DNA of 37,709 nucleotides from a virus (Duplodnaviria; Caudoviricetes). Shown in pieces: positions 7,514 to 16,983 of this stretch. The DNA lies in IMG/VR virus record IMGVR_UViG_3300037515_000491, positions 1-37,709 of that record; one strand, 5' to 3'. Position numbers and translations under genes: made by a program. The stretch's first letter is position 1, and each line of letters starts with the position of its first letter. The notes under the pieces are model-generated. The model had not been told where the DNA came from and did no database searches. It was given only the letters and a program-made list of their open reading frames with translations.

Positions 7514-7546
7514 CGGCCTCACCTGATGGTGAGGCCGTTTTGTTTT
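7514..7546 (+). terminator. Terminator in the late-operon leader
   Basis: CGGCCTCACC-TGAT-GGTGAGGCCG + TTTTGTTTT; TACAAT at 7458-7463 upstream. Confidence 0.7.
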
Positions 7547-7631
7547 CTTGTAGTGAAGATGGTAAACGAATCAAACGAACGCTTTCATGAAATGAAAATT
7601 TCCGGTTTTTCCGGTTTTTCGGGCTTCCGCC

Positions 7632-8105
7632 ATGATTGACACAGAGAACGAACGGTTCAACCAGTCCCCGCTAGGCTTCACTTACTGGTGTTTGCGCGGC
7701 GAGAAGTACGCCCACAATGTCGCCTTGTGGGCGGCCTGGTATGCCCACAAGGCGGATAAGGAATTGATGCAGGCCCTGGGGCTGCCGGTGCATCAATACG
7801 AGTTAGCGGAAATATTGGGGGTAACAGATCGCACGCTGCGTAATTACCGCAAAAAATACAGCCGGGCCATAGAGACGGCGGGTGCGATGATGGTGGACGG
7901 TTTGCTAAGAAAATACGTCCCAGGCGCTCTGGACGCAATGGGCGAGATGGCCGGCAAGAAAGAATCCGCCGGTTACAACGATCGGCGGCTGCTGTTTGAA
8001 ATGGCCAACCTCTACACGCCCAAACAAAAACAGGTGATTGACCTGGGCGTTGACTTGACCAGCCTCAGTGACGAGGAGTTGGATGCTCTCGACAAATCCA
8101 TCTAG
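7632..8105 (+). CDS. terS: Terminase small subunit (HTH)
   Basis: QYELAEILGVTDRTLRNY HTH; C-terminal DLTSLSDEELD; directly upstream of TerL. Confidence 0.75.
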   Translation: MIDTENERFNQSPLGFTYWCLRGEKYAHNVALWAAWYAHKADKELMQALGLPVHQYELAEILGVTDRTLRNYRKKYSRAIETAGAMMVDGLLRKYVPGALDAMGEMAGKKESAGYNDRRLLFEMANLYTPKQKQVIDLGVDLTSLSDEELDALDKSI

Positions 8106-9726
8106 CCTGAGCGATTTAGAACTCGACTACTTGCAGCTAAAACTGCGCATCGAACGCGAAAAGCGCCGCCGCCTACAGCAGCGGGCAGCGGCCGCGCCGG
8201 CCGACTGGCAGACCTGGCTTAAAACCCTCTTCCCCCAGACATTCACCGCCCCCTTTGCCGCCCGCCACGTCGTCCTCTGGCAGTGGCTGGAAAGCATCGA
8301 AACCAACGCCAAGCCCACCCCGGCGGCGTTTGTGGACGTGGAGCCACGCGGCGGCGGTAAGACGACGGCGGCGGAAACGGCCGTTATCCGCCTGGGAGCC
8401 AGAGAGGCCCGCCGCTTCGTCCTCTACGTGCGCAGCACGCAAGAGAAAGCCAACGAATCCATCGGGTCTATCGCCAGCAAAATCGAAAGCCAGAACGTCG
8501 AACGTCATTACCCGCTTCTGTCCCAGCGCAGCCTGGGTAAATACGGCCAGTCCAAGGGCTGGACCATGAGCCTGCTGCGCTGCGCCAATGCCTTCAACGT
8601 CCTGGCCCTGGGTCTGGACGTGGCCGTGCGCGGCGTCAAATTGGGCGATTACCGGCCCGACCTCATCATTTTCGATGACGTTGACGACGAACACGACAGC
8701 CCGGCGGTTATCAAAAAGAAAGTTGATACCATCACCAAAAGCATCATCCCGGCCGGGGCCGTCCACTGCGCTTACCTGGTCGTGCAAAATATGATACACG
8801 TGCGCAGCATCGTCACCAGCCTGGTAGAGGACACGGCCGATTTCCTTCATGACCGCCTGGTATCCGGGCCGCATCCGGCCGTCGAAAACCTGGCCTACGA
8901 AGCGCGGCCGCATCCGGAGCGCGGCTATCGCATTGTAGGCGGTGAGGCAACGTGGGCCGGCCAGGATTTGGCGACGTGTGAGCAGCAGATAAATGAGTGG
9001 GGCCTGTCGTCGTTCCTGCGTGAGGCGCAGCACGAAGTGGAAGAATCAGGCGGCATTTGGGACCATATCGAATTCCGCCACATCGAATTCCGCCAACTTC
9101 CCGACCTGGTGGACGGCGAGGTCTGGGTTGATCCGGCCGTCACCTCAACCGACGAAAGCGACTGCCAGGCCATTGTCGCCGGCGGCATCAGTGACGATGG
9201 TGATATTTACGCCCTCTACGGTTGGGAGAATATCAGTTCACCATTAGAGACTTTGAAACGTGCCCTGCTCAAAGCCATCGAATACGGCTTCCGTTACGTG
9301 GGCGTCGAAACCGACCAGGGCGGCGATACCTGGGTCAGCGTCTACCAATTGGCCTGGCAGGCCATCGTGGACGGTGACGAATACCCCCACGTCGTCAACC
9401 GGGAAACGGCGGCGGCTTTGGGCGTGCCCGTTGACCACCATCCCCACGTCGAAACCTTTATCAATCGCAATGACGAATGGCAGCCGTACGAACGGCCGTC
9501 GCTGCTGACAGCCAAAGCCGGGGCCGGCCACGGCTCCAAAGTCGAGCGCAACCAGCGCATGTTGACCGATTACGAACGCGGCCAGGTGATCCACGTCATC
9601 GGCACGCATACGGCCGTTGAACGTTCGCTGCGCCGCTTTCCGCAAAAGCCGCTGGATTTAGCCGATGCCGCCTACTGGCTGTGGTACCACTTGCAGCGCA
9701 AACGCCGCAAATTTGAGGTGTTTTAA
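8083..9726 (+). CDS. terL: Terminase large subunit
   Basis: Walker A PRGGGKTT, Walker B LIIFDDVD, nuclease VDPA...DLADA; GAGGAG RBS. Confidence 0.93.
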   Translation: MLSTNPSSLSDLELDYLQLKLRIEREKRRRLQQRAAAAPADWQTWLKTLFPQTFTAPFAARHVVLWQWLESIETNAKPTPAAFVDVEPRGGGKTTAAETAVIRLGAREARRFVLYVRSTQEKANESIGSIASKIESQNVERHYPLLSQRSLGKYGQSKGWTMSLLRCANAFNVLALGLDVAVRGVKLGDYRPDLIIFDDVDDEHDSPAVIKKKVDTITKSIIPAGAVHCAYLVVQNMIHVRSIVTSLVEDTADFLHDRLVSGPHPAVENLAYEARPHPERGYRIVGGEATWAGQDLATCEQQINEWGLSSFLREAQHEVEESGGIWDHIEFRHIEFRQLPDLVDGEVWVDPAVTSTDESDCQAIVAGGISDDGDIYALYGWENISSPLETLKRALLKAIEYGFRYVGVETDQGGDTWVSVYQLAWQAIVDGDEYPHVVNRETAAALGVPVDHHPHVETFINRNDEWQPYERPSLLTAKAGAGHGSKVERNQRMLTDYERGQVIHVIGTHTAVERSLRRFPQKPLDLADAAYWLWYHLQRKRRKFEVF

Positions 9727-9911
9727 TGGATGACTTACTTGCCTTGACCGGCGCGGCCCTGGTTTTAGCCGGCATCTATTTATGGGTCGGCCTGGCGGCG
9801 ACCTTGATCGCCGCCGGCCTGGCCCTGATCTACGCCGGCTGGCGCTATGAGCCGGCCGAAGCCGGCTCCGGGCCGGACACCGCGCAGGAGACCAACCATG
9901 AGCCTGATTAA
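9726..9911 (+). CDS. Small two-TM protein preceding the portal
   Basis: Hydrophobic 61 aa; usual position between terL and portal. Confidence 0.65.
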   Translation: MDDLLALTGAALVLAGIYLWVGLAATLIAAGLALIYAGWRYEPAEAGSGPDTAQETNHEPD

Positions 9912-12039
9912 GCAGCTATTTCCCCGCAAGCGGGAAGTCAAATTTTCGCCGGCATCGGCCGACGTGAACTGGTCCCGCATCGAGACGCTGGTCCATGGCC
10001 CCGGCGCGGGCGGGACCAAAGGCGAGGGCGACGCCAACAGCGCCGTCTTTGCCTGCCTGATGGCGATTGCCCTGGCCTATCCGGAGCCGGCGCTGCGGGT
10101 CTACCGCCGGCGCGGCGGCCGGGTGTATCCCATTCCAGAGACGCCGCTGCAAAGGCTCCTCGACAAGCCGACGCCTAACGGCGAATTGAGCCTGTCCGAG
10201 ATGTGGTTTTGGGCCGCCTGGGCCACACACACCGACGGCAACGCCTACTGGCTCAAAGTGCGCAGCGGCAACGCCGAAACCGGCAACGTCGTCGAAATGT
10301 GGCCGGTTTCGCCGGCGCTGATGAAACCGGTCACTGAGCTGGACCGCAGCGGCCGGGCGCGGGAGTGGATCAGCTACTACAGCCTCCAGGTAACGGCCAA
10401 CGAATTTGAGCGCGTGCCGGTCAATAACGTCATTCATTTTCGTTTGGGGATTGACGACCGGGATATGCGCCTGGGTTTGTCGCCGCTCAAACGGCTGATC
10501 CGCCAGATTTCCAGCGACGAAGAAGCCACCAAATTTACCGATGCCCTGCTGCACAATTACGCCGTGCCCGGTCTGGTCATTATCCCGCAAGGCGATGACA
10601 CGCTGACCCGGACGGAATCGGAGCGTATCGAAACCAAGTTTGCCGAAAAGTTTAGCAACGATAACCGGGGCGCGGTAGCCATGTTGAGCAAAAACGCCAC
10701 TGTGCAGCAGTTTGGGTTCTCGCCCAAAGACCTGGACATGGGCGTGCTGCACCGCATCCCAGAGGAGCGCATTGCCGCCGTCATTGGCGTTCCGGCTATC
10801 GTCGCCGGGTTGGGCGCGGGCCTGGACCGGGGCACGTACTCAAACGCCCGTGAACTGCGGGAGATGTTCACGGAAACGCGCCTGGTCCCCTTGTGGCGGG
10901 GCGACGCCGACCGGCTGAACGTGTCATTGAAACCCGATTTCACCAGCGACCGCAACGTCTATCTTGAATTTGACTTATCCGAAGTCCGCGCCCTGCAAGA
11001 GGACGAGGATGCCCGCTATAAACGGCTGAATACGGCCGTTCAGGGTATACGGCCGTGGATTACGGTCAACGAGGCCCGCGCCGAGGTGGGCCGTGACCCG
11101 GTAGAGGGCGGCGATAGGCTGGACGCCCCCGCGCCGCAACTGCCACCACCCACGCCGCCGGGCAATGAGCGGCCGCCGCCCGCAGCGATAGACGACGAAA
11201 CGGAAGAAGGGGAGGGTGAGAAACGCCTCCCTTTCCCGCAAAACGGGCAGCAGCCAACCAAGTCGCAAACGGCCACGAAGTTGACCCAGCGCCAATTAGT
11301 TGACGCCCGCCGGCGCGTCCGGACGCAGGTGGAAAAGCAGGCGGAAACGGCCGTTAACCGCTGGTTTGCCGAGCTGGGCGCGGCCGTGGCTGAGGCCATC
11401 GCCGGTAAATCTGTGACGGTTCCCGAAACCAAAGCAATCAGCCAGCGCGAGGTAGAACGGCTGTTTTCGCAGCTGATGGGCCAGGCCGCGCCGGATTTGG
11501 AGGAGATTATCGAGCGGCATATGTTGGAGGTTGTTCGCGGCTCATGGGATTTGTTCAATATCGAATTGGGGCAGGTGATCCAGTTCGACGAAAACGACCC
11601 GCTGGTGAGAGGAGTGCTGCAAACGGCCGGCGACAACATCCGGGGCATCACCCAGACGACCCTGGACGCGCTGCGGGCCGAACTGCCGTTCCTCTACGAA
11701 GAGGGGCTGGGCATCGACGACATTGCCGAGCGGGTGCGCGGCCTGATTACCGAAACGTACAGCGGGCGGGCTGAGGCAGTGGCCAGAACAGAAATTGGCC
11801 TTGGGCAACAGAGGGCCACTAACAGCAGATACAAAGCGGCTGGTGTGCGACACGTGCGAGTTTTTGACAACGGCTTCGACAACTCGCACGAATTTTGTAA
11901 GGTGGTCAACGGCAAAACCGTGACCCTGGGTTGGGCGGAGCGGAACCCGTTACAGCATCCGAACTGTGTCAGAGCGTTTGGCGCCGTCTTTGATTACGAC
12001 GGCCCCGTGTTTACAGAAGAACGCCCGTTCGGTTCGTGA
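9898..12039 (+). CDS. HK97-type portal protein fused to a MuF/SPP1 gp7-like minor head domain
   Basis: NSAVFAC...GNAYW...VIHFR...GLSPL...ITVNEARAEVG portal motifs; Pro-rich linker; RAEAVARTE...HPNC MuF motifs. Confidence 0.88.
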   Translation: MSLIKQLFPRKREVKFSPASADVNWSRIETLVHGPGAGGTKGEGDANSAVFACLMAIALAYPEPALRVYRRRGGRVYPIPETPLQRLLDKPTPNGELSLSEMWFWAAWATHTDGNAYWLKVRSGNAETGNVVEMWPVSPALMKPVTELDRSGRAREWISYYSLQVTANEFERVPVNNVIHFRLGIDDRDMRLGLSPLKRLIRQISSDEEATKFTDALLHNYAVPGLVIIPQGDDTLTRTESERIETKFAEKFSNDNRGAVAMLSKNATVQQFGFSPKDLDMGVLHRIPEERIAAVIGVPAIVAGLGAGLDRGTYSNARELREMFTETRLVPLWRGDADRLNVSLKPDFTSDRNVYLEFDLSEVRALQEDEDARYKRLNTAVQGIRPWITVNEARAEVGRDPVEGGDRLDAPAPQLPPPTPPGNERPPPAAIDDETEEGEGEKRLPFPQNGQQPTKSQTATKLTQRQLVDARRRVRTQVEKQAETAVNRWFAELGAAVAEAIAGKSVTVPETKAISQREVERLFSQLMGQAAPDLEEIIERHMLEVVRGSWDLFNIELGQVIQFDENDPLVRGVLQTAGDNIRGITQTTLDALRAELPFLYEEGLGIDDIAERVRGLITETYSGRAEAVARTEIGLGQQRATNSRYKAAGVRHVRVFDNGFDNSHEFCKVVNGKTVTLGWAERNPLQHPNCVRAFGAVFDYDGPVFTEERPFGS

Positions 12040-12069
12040 TTGAACGGCCGTACACTTCTGTGCTACAAT
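12040..12069 (+). promoter_or_regulatory. Internal promoter in the head module
   Basis: TTGAAC-18 nt-TACAAT with extended -10 TG. Confidence 0.55.
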
Positions 12070-12076
12070 GTTGGCA

Positions 12077-12208
12077 ATGAACTCAAACCACAACAGTGAC
12101 GATTTACGTGAGTTTTTTTTGATGGTGCGCCGGGCGCTGCTCATGATCGTTCGCTGGATTGAGAGTAAATATAATATCGAGCCGGCCGGGGGTAGAGTAA
12201 CGGAATAA
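12077..12208 (+). CDS. Small (43 aa), probably leaderless ORF
   Basis: ATG 7 nt after -10; MNSNHNSDDLREFFLMVRRALLMIVRWIESKYNIEPAGGRVTE; not in ORF track. Confidence 0.5.
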   Translation: MNSNHNSDDLREFFLMVRRALLMIVRWIESKYNIEPAGGRVTE

Positions 12209-12240
12209 CTCCCCCCTGTTTCCGGCCCCCACGAAAGTCG

Positions 12241-12280
12241 CGGCCAATTCTCAGGTGAGAATTGGCCGTTTTTTGTTTTT
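12241..12280 (+). terminator. Terminator before the glycosyltransferase/capsid genes
   Basis: CGGCCAATTCTCA-GG-TGAGAATTGGCCG + T-run. Confidence 0.75.
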
Positions 12281-13408
12281 ATGGACGCAACAGCGGTTTT
12301 GGCACTGGTAGGCGAATTAGACGGCAGCATCGACGGCTGCGCGGCCTGGCGTGTTTTCATGCCATTCGCCGAATTACAACGCCAGGGCTACCCGGCCGAA
12401 TGGGGTTTCATGGACGACGCGCGCCTGGCCGGCATCGTCCACCTGTTTGACGCTGTGATCATCCCGCGCCGGCATTGGCTGCCGGCCGATTGGGAAAAAG
12501 GCCGCCTATGGTTCCAGGCGCTGCACCGCGCCGGCATCGCCGTCATTTACGAAGTGGACGACGATATGTTCTCCGATGACTTCGTTCGCCGCCTGATTGT
12601 CACTCACGGCAAAGCGCCGGAAAAGGCGGAGGAAGTGCGGCGGTGTGTGCTGCACACGCTCAAGCAGGCCGATGGTGTGACCGTTTCCTCGCAGCGCCTG
12701 GCAACGATTGTGCGCCGGCTGACAGACAAACCGGTCGTCTCCGTCGCCAATTACATTGATTTGGAATGGTTCAGGGCCGTACAGCGCGAATCAAAGCGGG
12801 TTGTGCCTGGCCTGACCATCGGCTGGGCCGGTGGGGCGCGGCCTGACAGCGACGTGGCGCAAATGGCCGAAGCCTGGGGGCGGATTGCGCAGCGGTGGCC
12901 CGACGTGACGTTTGTGGTGCAGGGCCATCAGGCGCAGACGATTTATGACAACGTGCCCCACAACCGCATCGCCGCCGTGGACTGGCTGCCCGTTGACCAG
13001 TATCCGGCGGGCATGGTCAATATCGACATCGGCTGCTGCCCGCTCGGTGACAGCCCGTTCAATCGGGCCAAAACCTACATCAAGGCGCTGGAATACGCTG
13101 CCGGCGGCGCGGCCGTAGTCGCTTCCCCTACCGTTTACGGCCAGATTATCGAAAACGGCCGTGACGGGTACATTTGCCAAACGGCTGATGAGTGGGAAGC
13201 GGCGCTGGCGGAGCTGGTGGCCAGCACCAACCACCGCAAACGAATAGCGCAGCGGCTGCTGGCTAAAGTGGAAAAGCAGCACAGCCTGGCCGGCAACGCC
13301 TGGCGCTGGCCGGTGGCCTGGGGTGAGATTGTGACAGATTTTCGGCGGCGAACGGCGGCGCGGCGGATAGTGACCGCGCCGGGCCGCCGTATGAGGGTAC
13401 AGGTATGA
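12281..13408 (+). CDS. Glycosyltransferase, GT-B fold (GT4-like)
   Basis: VIYEVDDD, ADGVTVSS, IGWAG, DIGCCPL..SPFNRAKTYIKALEYAAGG..VVASP..Y. Confidence 0.88.
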   Translation: MDATAVLALVGELDGSIDGCAAWRVFMPFAELQRQGYPAEWGFMDDARLAGIVHLFDAVIIPRRHWLPADWEKGRLWFQALHRAGIAVIYEVDDDMFSDDFVRRLIVTHGKAPEKAEEVRRCVLHTLKQADGVTVSSQRLATIVRRLTDKPVVSVANYIDLEWFRAVQRESKRVVPGLTIGWAGGARPDSDVAQMAEAWGRIAQRWPDVTFVVQGHQAQTIYDNVPHNRIAAVDWLPVDQYPAGMVNIDIGCCPLGDSPFNRAKTYIKALEYAAGGAAVVASPTVYGQIIENGRDGYICQTADEWEAALAELVASTNHRKRIAQRLLAKVEKQHSLAGNAWRWPVAWGEIVTDFRRRTAARRIVTAPGRRMRVQV

Positions 13409-14253
13409 TTGTAAATTCCCTTAAGGCGATAAGCGACACTGCTGTCGAGCTGGTGGTTGCCAATTACATAATCTTATTTGGCGGCCGCGACCTGGAATGG
13501 GTACGGCGCGGCCCCAATCCCGACGGTAGCCTGGGTGATTATTTCACCAAAAGCACCGCGATAGAAAGTTCTTATACACAGGCGGGAATTTTGTATGTGG
13601 ATTGGGAGCATGGCTTAGGGCCGGACCTTGACGGGGGTGAAGCGCCAAATGCGGATGAGGTTCTGGGATTTGTGAACTGGAAGACGGCCCGCCAGGACGA
13701 ACGCGGCTGGTGGGTCGAGCGCGTGCTCGTCCGGCGCAATAAATACGTCAAGTTTCTGGAAGAGCTAATCCGGGCCGGACTTCTCGGAACGTCATCAGAG
13801 CCTGTTCAAGGAAAGGTCACCAGGGCTAAAGATGGCGAGATTAAAACCTGGCCCTTAATGCGCGACACATTGACCGTCCAACCGGCCGAGCCGCGCATGA
13901 TGACCGAAAATCTAGTGGTTGCACTAAAGAACCTGTCTGGAAAACTTACAATCCCTCAAATGGTCGGCTCTCCCACACTGGCCGAAAAAACCCACGAACT
14001 TACCGGGAAATTAAATCAATTACTCAGCGATACCCGATCTCTAGTCAACGTTGACCAGCGGCCGTTGTCCCAAACAAAGCGGCACGAACTGAAAGAACTC
14101 CTGGAGACGTTCTCCGGGTTGGACGCTGTGCGCTCCGATATATCATCGGTTCTCGCGGCCGCGCCTACCGGACTCGTAGCGGGTAAACGAACCCTCTACG
14201 AATTGAACAGCCGCCGCAAGCGGTTGGAATACATTCTCAAGGAGACAATCTAA
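13405..14253 (+). CDS. Prohead protease / scaffold
   Basis: Directly upstream of MCP; GDYFT...WEHG...LGTSS...TLTVQPAEPR protease-like motifs; helical C-terminus. Confidence 0.7.
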   Translation: MIVNSLKAISDTAVELVVANYIILFGGRDLEWVRRGPNPDGSLGDYFTKSTAIESSYTQAGILYVDWEHGLGPDLDGGEAPNADEVLGFVNWKTARQDERGWWVERVLVRRNKYVKFLEELIRAGLLGTSSEPVQGKVTRAKDGEIKTWPLMRDTLTVQPAEPRMMTENLVVALKNLSGKLTIPQMVGSPTLAEKTHELTGKLNQLLSDTRSLVNVDQRPLSQTKRHELKELLETFSGLDAVRSDISSVLAAAPTGLVAGKRTLYELNSRRKRLEYILKETI

Positions 14254-15575
14254 TGGCTATGACAGTGGCAGAAGCCCGGTCAGAGATTAAAAACCTCTTT
14301 GACCAGGCCGATTTAATCGAAAAAAAGTACCCTGACGGGCTGATCACCGATCAGGAAGACGAAACCGAAGTAAAACGACTTCTGGGCGAAATTGACGGCC
14401 TGGAAGAGAAGCTGGTTGGTCTGGAAGACGCGGAGCAGCGCCGCCAGCGGATTCTGGGCGGCATCGAACGCTATGGCAAGGCCGCGCCCAACGCGCAGCG
14501 CCCCGGCCAGCAGCGTGACGATCAGGAGCGCGGCCGCAGCATCAGCCCCGGCGATCAGTTTGTCCAGAGCCGGGAATATCGTGAGTTGAAATTAGGCGGG
14601 GCGTTCAACAGCGCCCTGGCCCGGGTCCAGTTCGCCATCAACCTCAAAGATGGCACGTCGCTGATTTTCTGGCGGCAGCAGTTGGCGCGGGAGCAAAAAG
14701 ACCTGGTCTATGGCTCGAGCGCCTCAGTCGGCGGCGGCTGGGTGGCCAACGACCGCCTGTCGGGTTATGTGGACATTTTGCAGCGGGAATTGACGATTCT
14801 GGACCTGATCCCCCGCCTGCAAACCGACAGCGACACGATTGAGTACGTCAAAGAGGACACCTTCACCAATGCCGCCGCCGCCGTGGCTGAAGCCAGCGCC
14901 ACGACCGGCACGAGCGGCCTCAAGCCCGAAAGCGCGTTGGCCTACAGCGTGGCCACCTCGCCCATTCGCACGATTGCCCACTGGGTTCCCGTGACGAACC
15001 GCATGCTATCCGACGCGCCGGCTATCCGGGGCATCATCAACAGCCGGCTCCTGTACGGCCTGGACCAGGAATTAGAGGATCAGGTATTAAGCGGCGACGG
15101 CACCGGCGAAAATCTGACCGGCATCCTGAACACGGGCGGCATCAACATTCAGGGCATGGGCAGCGACAACGCCGCCGACGCTCTGTTTAAGGGCCGTACG
15201 CAGGTCCGCGTCAACGGCCGTGGCCGGCCTAACGCCATTGTTCTGCACCCCAACGACTGGCAGGCCATCCGCCTGATGCGTGAAAACGCCGCCAGCGCCA
15301 CCCTGGGCAATTACCTGATGGGACCGCCGTCCATCATGGGACCGGTGACTGTCTGGGGTATCCCTGTGGTTGAATCCGACGGCATTACGGAGAATACCGG
15401 CCTCGTCGGTGATTTCGTCATGGGCGCGTCGTTGTTTGACCGGGAGCAGGGCAGCATCCGGGTGGGCACGATTGACGACCAATTCGTCAGAAATATGCAA
15501 ACGATTTTGGCTGAATTAAGAGCTGCGTTCGTAGTATTTCGTCCCGCATCTTTTACCAAAGTGACCGGGATCTAA
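14253..15575 (+). CDS. Major capsid protein, HK97 family
   Basis: N-terminal coiled-coil delta domain; KPES...TIAHWVPVT..ML.DAP...LSGDG.G.NL.GI...HPNDW...F.RNM.TILAE.R. Confidence 0.95.
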   Translation: MAMTVAEARSEIKNLFDQADLIEKKYPDGLITDQEDETEVKRLLGEIDGLEEKLVGLEDAEQRRQRILGGIERYGKAAPNAQRPGQQRDDQERGRSISPGDQFVQSREYRELKLGGAFNSALARVQFAINLKDGTSLIFWRQQLAREQKDLVYGSSASVGGGWVANDRLSGYVDILQRELTILDLIPRLQTDSDTIEYVKEDTFTNAAAAVAEASATTGTSGLKPESALAYSVATSPIRTIAHWVPVTNRMLSDAPAIRGIINSRLLYGLDQELEDQVLSGDGTGENLTGILNTGGINIQGMGSDNAADALFKGRTQVRVNGRGRPNAIVLHPNDWQAIRLMRENAASATLGNYLMGPPSIMGPVTVWGIPVVESDGITENTGLVGDFVMGASLFDREQGSIRVGTIDDQFVRNMQTILAELRAAFVVFRPASFTKVTGI

Positions 15576-16147
15576 TGATTATCGAACGGGAACGGGGCGC
15601 GGCGGCGGCGCCGCGCCCGTTCCTGAGTGTGCTGACGCGGTGTTACAGACGGCCATCATTTCTGGAGGCTAATGTGCAGTCGTTGAAGGATCAAAGCGAT
15701 CCCGATTACGAACAAATCTTTATCATTGATGACATCGGTCAAGGATTACACGCTGCCAACCGGGCGCTGGCCCTGCCGGCAGTCGAGGGCGCGTATGTAC
15801 TGGTCCTGGACGACGACGACAGACTGGACGATCCGGACGCGGTGGCACTGCTGAAAGAGGCAGCCGAAAAACAGCCAGAACTGCTGTTTTTCCGGGCCGA
15901 TCATGACCAATTGGGCATCCTGCCCGATGACAAGGTTTGGCAGCACCGGCCGTTACATGGCCGGGTGGGTTCGTGTGACTTCATCACCCGCTCCGACGTC
16001 TGGCAGCGGTTCGTTGCCCATTTCGCAATGCCCGAAAGCGGCGATTTTAACTTTTTGCACGCAGTCTGGGAAAGCGGCCCGTCCGTCGCCTGGCTGGATC
16101 GGCGGCTGGCGGCGGTGCAGCGCATATCAAAAGGAGCGCCTGAATGA
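15575..16147 (+). CDS. Glycosyltransferase, GT-A fold (GT2-like)
   Basis: FLSVLTRCY.RP..L..., EQIFIIDD, YVLVLDDDD (DxD), GDFNF. Confidence 0.85.
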   Translation: MIIERERGAAAAPRPFLSVLTRCYRRPSFLEANVQSLKDQSDPDYEQIFIIDDIGQGLHAANRALALPAVEGAYVLVLDDDDRLDDPDAVALLKEAAEKQPELLFFRADHDQLGILPDDKVWQHRPLHGRVGSCDFITRSDVWQRFVAHFAMPESGDFNFLHAVWESGPSVAWLDRRLAAVQRISKGAPE

Positions 16148-16983
16148 TAAAAGTAGCGATACTCTTACCAACAACCGGCCGGCCGGCGCAGATGACAGAC
16201 CGGGTCAGTGAGCTGGTTAACCAGCCCCTACCCGACGGCGTAGAGGCCACGGTCTATCTGTGCATCCCCGAAGTCGACACCCCGACCCTGAACGCGGCCA
16301 AAAAGATGGACGACGGCCCTATGAAAATCAAGATCGTTTTCGATCCGCCCGGCGCAACGGCCGTCAAAGCCTGGAACCGGGCGTATGCCGCCGCCGCCGA
16401 CGACGGGGCTGACTGGCTGGTATTGGGGGCTGATGACGCGGTCTGGCATCCGGGCTGGCTGGCGGCGGCGCTGCAAACGGCCAAAGAGACCGGGGCGGCC
16501 GTCGTTGGCCTGAACGATGGCCACAAGGACCTGGCACGGCAGGCATCGTATTTTCTGATGACAGCCGAATTTGCCGAGGTCGTTCTGGGCGGGGTTTTTA
16601 TCCCGCCTCATTACGGCTCCTGGTCATTTGACCGTGAAATATGCGAGCGGGCAATAGAGGCGGGGGCTTACGCGCCCTGCCATGAGGCGATGATTGAACA
16701 CACTCACCCGGAATGGGGTACGGCCGCGATGGATGACACTTACCGCAAAGGATATGCCCATCACATCAGGGACCGGCAGATTTACGAAACGCGCAAAGCG
16801 GCCGGCTGGCCGATGGATTATGAGCCGGTTGTTAAGCCGAAGTCAAAGCCAGCGGTTTTGAAACAACCAGCGGCGCAATCAAAGCCGGCGCCGGCAAAAG
16901 CTGAAGAATCAGCGACAGAAGAGCCGGCACCCAAACCAAAAGCCGCGCCGCGCAAAAGGAAATCAAAAGGAAAATCGACATGA
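16144..16983 (+). CDS. Glycosyltransferase, GT-A fold (GT2-like) with Lys/Pro/Ala-rich tail
   Basis: VAILLPTTGRP, AWN, LVLGADD, FDRE, IEHTHP..G.A.MDDTY. Confidence 0.82.
   Translation: MIKVAILLPTTGRPAQMTDRVSELVNQPLPDGVEATVYLCIPEVDTPTLNAAKKMDDGPMKIKIVFDPPGATAVKAWNRAYAAAADDGADWLVLGADDAVWHPGWLAAALQTAKETGAAVVGLNDGHKDLARQASYFLMTAEFAEVVLGGVFIPPHYGSWSFDREICERAIEAGAYAPCHEAMIEHTHPEWGTAAMDDTYRKGYAHHIRDRQIYETRKAAGWPMDYEPVVKPKSKPAVLKQPAAQSKPAPAKAEESATEEPAPKPKAAPRKRKSKGKST

Noticed and set aside
12281-16983. Glycosyltransferases as a DNA hypermodification or serotype-conversion locus
   Set aside because: No base-hydroxymethylase or DNA polymerase genes, no flippase/polytopic Gtr genes, and tight coupling to head genes; disfavoured but not formally excluded
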